Positions 57,944 through 64,000 of a DNA stretch of 64,000 nt are shown here, one piece after another. Under the pieces are notes generated by a model. The model did not search any database. It was not told where the DNA came from and saw only the letters and a list, made by a program, of their open reading frames with translations. Each line of letters begins with the position of its first letter. Position 1 is the stretch's first letter. The DNA is from an uncultured Ignavibacteria bacterium (GTDB lineage Bacteria; Bacteroidota; Ignavibacteria; UBA10030; UBA6906): positions 35,173-99,172 of the forward strand of contig CAWABB010000007.1 in assembly GCA_963780165.1 (NCBI GenBank). The letters are read 5' to 3'. Made by a program: the position numbers and the translations under genes.

Positions 57944-60900
57944 GTGAGGTCGAAGATTCGTTTCCTGGCGGTATGTGCCATTGCGCTTGCGTCGGGGCAG
58001 GTGGCGATAGCAGGGACGTTCAGCAAGGAGTATCTGGACCTTCGTCGGATGGTCGGGAGGGCGGATTACGATGCCGCCTTAGAGCGTTGTGAAGCGATGA
58101 TCGTGCAGTATCCCAGGGAAGGTGTGTTGTACGAGGGATTGGCGGAGATCGCCCAATACGCTGGTCGGATTGATGATGCGATGTCGTTCCTTTGGGAGCG
58201 CGTGGAGGACGGGGCGGGTTTGTCGATGTGCTATTTTGCGTTGGGGAATCTGAGTTACCGTCGCGAGGACGATAGGAATGCGGTCATGTTCCTTGGCAAG
58301 GCCATCGAGCTCGGCGTGGAGGTGCCGGAGTGTTACTCTGCCTTCATATACTCCTATGAACGCTTGGAAGGAATTGATGCGACCTTGAGACTGATGACAT
58401 CGCTCTGCCATCGGCATCCCGCAAAGGCTGGCTACTGGTACGGACTTGCTTTGGCATATTGGGTCAATGGTGATTATTCACAAGTTCTGAGACATCTAGG
58501 GGAGGCATTAAGAATCAGGCCACTGGAGGATCGATATCAGCATGCAAGAATTACCGTCATGATGCTCAATGCCAAGGACACGGATGCGGGCGGATTCGTG
58601 TCCCAGATGATTGCAAATGCATTTGAGAAGAATGATTTCCACGGCCTGTTCCTGATGATGTCCGGGGTTGTCATCCGCAGACAGCAGCAAGGCCTCATTG
58701 ACTCTGCGATAGAAGAATGTAGGGCGTTGCTCAGAGTGTCAGAGAAATTCGGATATGTCAGGTGGACAGGCTGGGGGTACAAGCAACTTGCTGACATCTA
58801 TTCTGTGCTATCGCAATATGGTGGGTCGGTCGAGGCAGCAGAAAGGGCATATTTGAATGCGTGCGTCTCTGGGGACTTTCACCTGATGCAGTCCTCCCTG
58901 GCGAGGGCATTTGATTCGAATCTTGAACTCCTGAACCTGGGCGGGGCAATCCCGTGCCTTGCTCGACGAGTTGAAGCGTGCAAGACATCACAGTCTCGAA
59001 CATATCTGATCGGCATATTGCTGGACGCATCAAGGCTCTTTGTGTTCTTGGGACAGCCAGAGGTAGCACTTGAACTGGTAATCAGTGCTTTAAATTTGTC
59101 TGAACGCACTGCCCTCGACCGTCGACTCTACTGGGAGATACACTCTACCCTTGGTAACGTGTATGAGCAGTTGGGTGATTATCAATCGGCTCTCAGGCAT
59201 TACGAGATCACGCAATCCATTACTCCTGCCGAGCCCTTCTACTCTCGAGTTCAGGCAATCACTCAGGGCAACTTGGGGAGCGTCTATTTGCGAATGGGAT
59301 TTCCGCAGCGGGCGCGGGAGCGATTTTTGGCACAGGTGGCGTTTGCATTGGAAGCCAGATACGTGCGGGAGGCTGCATACGGGCACCTGAATCTAGGAAA
59401 GGCAAATCTTGAACTAGGGAAATGGAGGTCCGGTCATGAGGAATTGCTTCAGGCACTCGAGCTATCAGAAAAGGATTCCATCCGTCTTTGCCAGAAATTG
59501 GCACTGAAGGCCATTGCAGCTTCATATTTGGCTTGCGGTGATAGTACAAGAGCAGAGCAAGCGCTCCGCAGGCATGATTCACTTTCCGCCTGCAACAGAG
59601 TATCCAGTTCACTCTTGGTTAGCAGTAGGTTGCTGCGAGATCCGAATGACGACGAAGATAAACTTGCGCAGATTCTCTGTGCCCTCGGAAAGATGGAGCA
59701 AGGATTCTTGTCCGAAGAGACAATTCGCACAAGACATCAGCCCCTGTGGGCTGTGAATTGGGAGGGGATGAGAGATGACGAAGGCGGCAATGTGGCAATC
59801 TCGAACTTCGTGCAGACCTCGAAGAAGCTGAGAGCGGCTGTTGACAGTCTTTCTTCAAGGCCTGAGATGCAGGGCGGTCTTGTTGCTATGCCAGAGGATG
59901 CATTGTTCCTATTCGCAACCGCTGCTACACTCGATCTCCAGCGTCAGCAGGCACTTGCGGATCTGAAGGGAGATCCGCGGACGCAACGACTTGTCGCGAA
60001 GAGGGGAATGATTAAGGAGCTAGGGCAGATTCAATATCGACTTGGCAAGGAAGAGGCCGTTTTGTCATATATCCTTTCAAGCCAGGAATCCTTTGCCTGC
60101 GTCATTACTCGGGACGCAATCGCCTTCTGCAGCAATCTTCCTGGTCGGGATTCTATATCGTCACTGCTAAAGAGACTCAATCACATAACAGATCCATCTG
60201 AATCCCAGGCTCTCATACTGCCGCCGCTCCTAGATGACAGTGATTTGAAGTTGTGTGAAGAAGTGTACAGAGAGTTGATGGCTCCACTAGAAGCACTACT
60301 TTCCCGATCGTCGAGAGTCTTCATTATCCCTCCCACAGGGATACCGCCGATACCATTTGACCTGATGGTGTGCAAGTCTGCTGCGGCGTCAACGAGCAAC
60401 CTAAATGGAGGGATGTTCCTCATCGAGAGATTTGAGATCTGCTACATACCGGATTTGTCAAGTCTGCTGTCCAAGAGTAGCCAGGACTCTCAATCTGCGC
60501 ACAGGTGGATCGGGTTTGGAAACCCAGACTTGCCCTCGCGATCGAGGGGAAGCTTCGATCCAGACATGGAATTTCTCGGCAAGCACCTTGGGGTGAGTAC
60601 TCGCGTTGAGCTTGCGGCAGTACCAGAGGAGATCGATGGAATCAAGGAGAGATTTCAGAAATCGGGAGTGGCATTTCTGGGCGCGAATGCAACTCGGACC
60701 ACACTCCTATCTTTGGCCGGCACCGCTGATGTTGTGCACATTGCGGCCCATGGCTACCTTCATGATCGTATACCATGGGCGAGTGGGCTAGCATTATCAG
60801 GCACCAATCAGGCGGGGGTACCAACTGTTCTCACGGCCTTTGACATCTTCGAGTATCCTCTCGCGCGGAAGCTTCTCGTGCTTTCAGGTTGCATGTCTCT

Positions 60901-61282
60901 CAAGGCTGGGGGAATATGGACAAATGCCGGTGGGTTAAGACTCCCTTTTCACGGGGAAGTGCCGGTGATTGGATCCTGGTCATTCGTGGATGATCGTAGC
61001 ACGGCTGATCTCATGCTCAGGCTTTATGCGCATCTAGGCAGCGGCGTGTCGAGTTCCATGGCGCTAACTATGGCCAAGAGGGAGATTATTCGAGAGACAG
61101 GAGGTCGTTCACCCTATTGGGCAAACTTTTCTCACATCGGTTCACCAGTGGCTATATTCAGAAGCAAGAGTGAATCTCCCTCTGGAAAAGATGACTGGGC
61201 ATGGTTGCTGGTAGGTGGGGTTGCACTTCTGCTTGTCTCGGTTTGCGCGGTAGTTCTTGTGAGGAGGTACTCAAATTCATAA
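57944..61282 (+). CDS. TPR-CHAT caspase-like protease with a signal peptide and C-terminal membrane anchor
   Basis: Signal ending VAIA-G, many TPRs, IIPP..IPFDL, VVHIAAHG (His), LVLSGC (Cys), W.VDD, PYWANF, terminal TM followed by RR. Confidence 0.88.
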   Translation: MRSKIRFLAVCAIALASGQVAIAGTFSKEYLDLRRMVGRADYDAALERCEAMIVQYPREGVLYEGLAEIAQYAGRIDDAMSFLWERVEDGAGLSMCYFALGNLSYRREDDRNAVMFLGKAIELGVEVPECYSAFIYSYERLEGIDATLRLMTSLCHRHPAKAGYWYGLALAYWVNGDYSQVLRHLGEALRIRPLEDRYQHARITVMMLNAKDTDAGGFVSQMIANAFEKNDFHGLFLMMSGVVIRRQQQGLIDSAIEECRALLRVSEKFGYVRWTGWGYKQLADIYSVLSQYGGSVEAAERAYLNACVSGDFHLMQSSLARAFDSNLELLNLGGAIPCLARRVEACKTSQSRTYLIGILLDASRLFVFLGQPEVALELVISALNLSERTALDRRLYWEIHSTLGNVYEQLGDYQSALRHYEITQSITPAEPFYSRVQAITQGNLGSVYLRMGFPQRARERFLAQVAFALEARYVREAAYGHLNLGKANLELGKWRSGHEELLQALELSEKDSIRLCQKLALKAIAASYLACGDSTRAEQALRRHDSLSACNRVSSSLLVSSRLLRDPNDDEDKLAQILCALGKMEQGFLSEETIRTRHQPLWAVNWEGMRDDEGGNVAISNFVQTSKKLRAAVDSLSSRPEMQGGLVAMPEDALFLFATAATLDLQRQQALADLKGDPRTQRLVAKRGMIKELGQIQYRLGKEEAVLSYILSSQESFACVITRDAIAFCSNLPGRDSISSLLKRLNHITDPSESQALILPPLLDDSDLKLCEEVYRELMAPLEALLSRSSRVFIIPPTGIPPIPFDLMVCKSAAASTSNLNGGMFLIERFEICYIPDLSSLLSKSSQDSQSAHRWIGFGNPDLPSRSRGSFDPDMEFLGKHLGVSTRVELAAVPEEIDGIKERFQKSGVAFLGANATRTTLLSLAGTADVVHIAAHGYLHDRIPWASGLALSGTNQAGVPTVLTAFDIFEYPLARKLLVLSGCMSLKAGGIWTNAGGLRLPFHGEVPVIGSWSFVDDRSTADLMLRLYAHLGSGVSSSMALTMAKREIIRETGGRSPYWANFSHIGSPVAIFRSKSESPSGKDDWAWLLVGGVALLLVSVCAVVLVRRYSNS

Positions 61283-61320
61283 CTCGTTGGCCGTACTGAC
61301 TCGTGAACAGCAAGGCCGGT

Positions 61321-62268
61321 CTACAGGCTGAAGGGGACGGGGCTGAAGCTAAGGACGAAACAGCCTACGGAGAGAAAGAAGGCTGTTGATCTCGAAGCCG
61401 TCAGTGCCATGCCCTGCTCTGAGGGCCCGTGCTGGCGTCGACTCCCAAACCGCTCGAAAATGAAGAGAAGCAGAGCCCACATACCCCACCCGAGCCATCC
61501 TAGGTTTGTCGGTCCACCAAGTAGCTGGAGTAGGCCCAAAGCACCTAATAGGACGAGAATCACAAATGCTACTCGTCCAACATTGTGGGCAGCAACAGGA
61601 TATACAGCGGCAACAATGTGTCCGCCATCCAGCTGTCCGATTGGGATGAGGTTCAATGCTGTAACAAAGAGACCAAACCAGCCCACACAGAGAAGGGGGT
61701 AGTGGTAGATCTCGTTCATGGGGGGAACAAAGGCACCATCCTTGGTAAACAAGAACTTGATAGCTTCAAATGCTAGGTTCGAACCAAATGTCAAGCCTGT
61801 CGTGGGTATGGATTCCATCGCTCTGTATTCAGGATGCACACCATATAAGAAGTCAACCGGCGGGAGAGTAGCGAACCCGATAGCGAGGATGACAATACTA
61901 ACAAAGAATCCAGTGAGGGGTCCACTTACGCCTATGTCGAATAGAGCAGTGCGAGACGGGATCTCGCTCCTAATTCTAATTACAGCTCCAAGCGTTCCAA
62001 AAGGCACGAGACCATAGTATGGAGGGAATGGCAGGAAATACGGAAGGCTGGAGGAAACTCGGTTCAGTCTGGCGGCGAGAAAATGCCCCATTTCATGAGA
62101 TCCCAACATTAGAGTCAGTAGTAGCGCGTATGGTATCCCTTTCGACCAGTTGGTTAACTCGGTAGGATCGTTTCCTGACCACTGTACCCCAGCCAATGTC
62201 GTGGTTAGCACAGTTCCTAGCAGAAGCAATCCCGGAAGTAAGAGACTCCTCGCTGTGATCTTCTCCAT
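61321..62268 (-). CDS. Site-2 protease (M50) without PDZ or CBS domains
   Basis: HEMGH, GTLGAVI, SGPLTG, NLIPIGQLDGGH. Confidence 0.92.
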   Translation of the reverse strand: MEKITARSLLLPGLLLLGTVLTTTLAGVQWSGNDPTELTNWSKGIPYALLLTLMLGSHEMGHFLAARLNRVSSSLPYFLPFPPYYGLVPFGTLGAVIRIRSEIPSRTALFDIGVSGPLTGFFVSIVILAIGFATLPPVDFLYGVHPEYRAMESIPTTGLTFGSNLAFEAIKFLFTKDGAFVPPMNEIYHYPLLCVGWFGLFVTALNLIPIGQLDGGHIVAAVYPVAAHNVGRVAFVILVLLGALGLLQLLGGPTNLGWLGWGMWALLLFIFERFGSRRQHGPSEQGMALTASRSTAFFLSVGCFVLSFSPVPFSL

Positions 62269-62335
62269 TTGGATTAGAGAGTTAATGGGTCAATGATTGG
62301 GACGATGATTACATTACAAATCACTACATGTAACA

Positions 62336-62370
62336 ATAAAAAGAAAGGCCGGCTCATTTACGAGCCGGCC
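62336..62370 (-). terminator. Rho-independent terminator after the repeat-peptide gene
   Basis: ggccggctc-gtaaat-gagccggcc followed by tttcttttt on the minus strand. Confidence 0.8.
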
Positions 62371-62417
62371 AGCGGGATATCAAGCAACTACACTAAAGCT
62401 GGGCGTCAGCCCAGGAT

Positions 62418-62663
62418 CTACGGCCGAGGAGATTCTGGAAGATGCGGAACGCCGCTACGAGTGGGGCGCGGCGATTCGGGCAGGTGAGGGACGCCGCTCT
62501 TCGCTGCCTCTTGGCCCAGTTCCACCGATGAAACTGAAGCCCTCGTAGGTCTCGGAGATTCAGGAAGATGTGGGACCCCGCTCGCGAGTGAGATTGCGTA
62601 ATTTGAGATGGCAACAACTGCCAAGACAAATGCCAACGAACGCACACGTTTCATTGTTTGCAT
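62418..62663 (-). CDS. Small secreted precursor with three SGVPHLPESPRP cores (81 aa)
   Basis: GGAGG SD, Sec-type signal, three identical 12-aa repeats that differ only at synonymous sites, own promoter and terminator. Confidence 0.85.
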   Translation of the reverse strand: MQTMKRVRSLAFVLAVVAISNYAISLASGVPHLPESPRPTRASVSSVELGQEAAKSGVPHLPESPRPTRSGVPHLPESPRP

Positions 62664-62841
62664 TGCGTTCACCTCCAGAAGTGAGTCAAGGGTAATTCTG
62701 TCAGACGTTTAGTTTCTTCGTTCAAAGCGGTGTTGGTCATCTCTAGCAATCGCAATTAGTCGGCGCTGACCAAACTTCGTGATGAATAGTGGCGAACTAT
62801 CGCACGGAAGGGGTGGCTAAACTCTCAACCAACTGTGTGCA

Positions 62842-62870
62842 AATATATGCAGCCCCAAAACATTTGTCAA
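62842..62870 (-). promoter_or_regulatory. Sigma70-type promoter of the peptide gene
   Basis: TTGACA-N17-TATATT on the minus strand. Confidence 0.65.
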
Positions 62871-63017
62871 GGAATTACTGAAATTCCGCAAAATTTTTTG
62901 TATGGCGTCGTTGGTTGGCTCCGGGCATACAGGTTGCTGCTGCCAGATGCCCTTGGGGCCAAAATGTGATAAGTGACACAAAAACCGCGTTTTCGAGTAG
63001 ATTTCTGCGTCTTGCAC

Positions 63018-63046
63018 TTGACTCCCAAATATGGGGTGGATATATT
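63018..63046 (+). promoter_or_regulatory. Divergent sigma70-type promoter
   Basis: TTGACT-N17-TATATT, ending 11 bp before ATG 63058. Confidence 0.65.
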
Positions 63047-63057
63047 GGACGCAGACA

Positions 63058-64000
63058 ATGACACTGCCGGGGAGACATAGCAGCACGTTGGGCAGGGCAT
63101 ACCTGATGGCAGGGGGGGTCATCGGGTTCTATGGTATCACCCTGTTGCTGCTCCCTCACTATCCTGTGGACCTTGCCGCATTTCTTACCTACTCGGTCCA
63201 GACACTTCTGCTGTTTATCTGCCTTGCGGTGTTCAGGCACGAGCCGACCCGTAATCGCCGGTTCGTTTTCCTCAACTTTGCGATAATGCTTTTCGATCGC
63301 CCCCGTAGCCCACCTCTACAACTTCGTGGGTACAGTCATCCCGGCAGAGTGGTTCTACTCCGACACCCGATTCTCCAGGTTCCTGATCAATCAGTATGTC
63401 TTCCGCGGCGCGTATTTCCTTTTCCTCGCTGTGGCGCTCGGCTACCTTGCGATCGATCTCGTCCTTCGTGAGCAACGGGTCATGATGAAATACATCGTCA
63501 CGATAGGTATCGTCGCGATGTTCTTCGGCGTGTACTACTACCCGTTCATTCGTGATCCGCTCTATCTCCACAAGACCGCCGACGTCCAGGAATGGAAAGT
63601 CCTCGACCAGGCGTTCGCAAGCGTCAAGCAAAGGACCGGAGCAGACCCGACGGCTGAACAGCTCGCAGCCTTGCCGTCGGTCCGGGCGGCGTTCGATGCG
63701 ATGGAGGTCACCAACGAGCCGGCACGCGTCACGGAACTCTATCCGTACCTCTTCGCGGATAACTGGAAGATTCTTGTGTTCAAACCGCTCCACCTGAACC
63801 AGGTCTATATGTCAATTCTGGCGATCGGGTTCGTGATCCTCTTCTTCGGCTATCAGTTCCTGAAGGATCCGCCACAGGGGGCGTACATCGAGAAAGTCAT
63901 GTTCCTCTTCCTCGCGTTCTGCACGCTGGAAGCGTTCCATGCCTATATGGCGACGTCTATCATCGAGTGGCAGGCACTCAAGCACTTTACTATCCTCGGG
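63058..64000 (+). CDS. Multi-pass membrane protein of unknown function (frameshift near 63290, runs off the window)
   Basis: Hydrophobic helices in the first frame; second frame open to the window end (YFLFLAVALGYL, YYYPF, FFGYQFLKDPPQGAYIEK). Confidence 0.7.

Overview
Bacterial chromosomal window, most likely from an Ignavibacteria-like member of the FCB group (inferred from secreted proteins ending in a QNYPNPFNP T9SS/FlgD-type tail together with canonical TTGACA-N17-TAnnnT promoters). From left to right: (1) a cell-surface glycan cluster (1-15 kb) with GT4/GT2 enzymes, a methyltransferase, Wzt, a deacetylase, an O-antigen ligase-like protein and rffA; (2) two outward-facing paralogous giant secreted carbohydrate-binding proteins that share a conserved leader and 3' hairpin and enclose a degenerate histidine kinase, a sigma54 response regulator and a sigma-like / ZAS anti-sigma-like / membrane-anchored Lon-like protease trio (15.7-33.2 kb); (3) a relic region with a sigma54 promoter and enhancer, a replication-initiator-like gene, a 14-bp tandem array and a PolX fragment; (4) housekeeping genes (maf, MCM cobalamin-binding subunit, csp, family B polymerase, SPFH/NfeD); (5) two tRNA-Ser genes enclosing a palindrome-flanked IS481-type HTH gene, a T9SS cargo and an RHH/MazF pair; (6) a trp operon with aroF and a WWW attenuator leader; (7) an ECF sigma / anti-sigma / TPR-CHAT protease trio converging on a site-2 protease and a small secreted precursor carrying three identical SGVPHLPESPRP cores, divergent from a multi-pass membrane protein. 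The best candidates for undescribed systems are the repeat-peptide / CHAT / S2P / ECF locus and the sigma / ZAS / Lon-FG-GAP locus. Several single-base frameshifts, some in ordinary genes, suggest long-read indel errors. All calls come from reading motifs by eye; no database searches were run.
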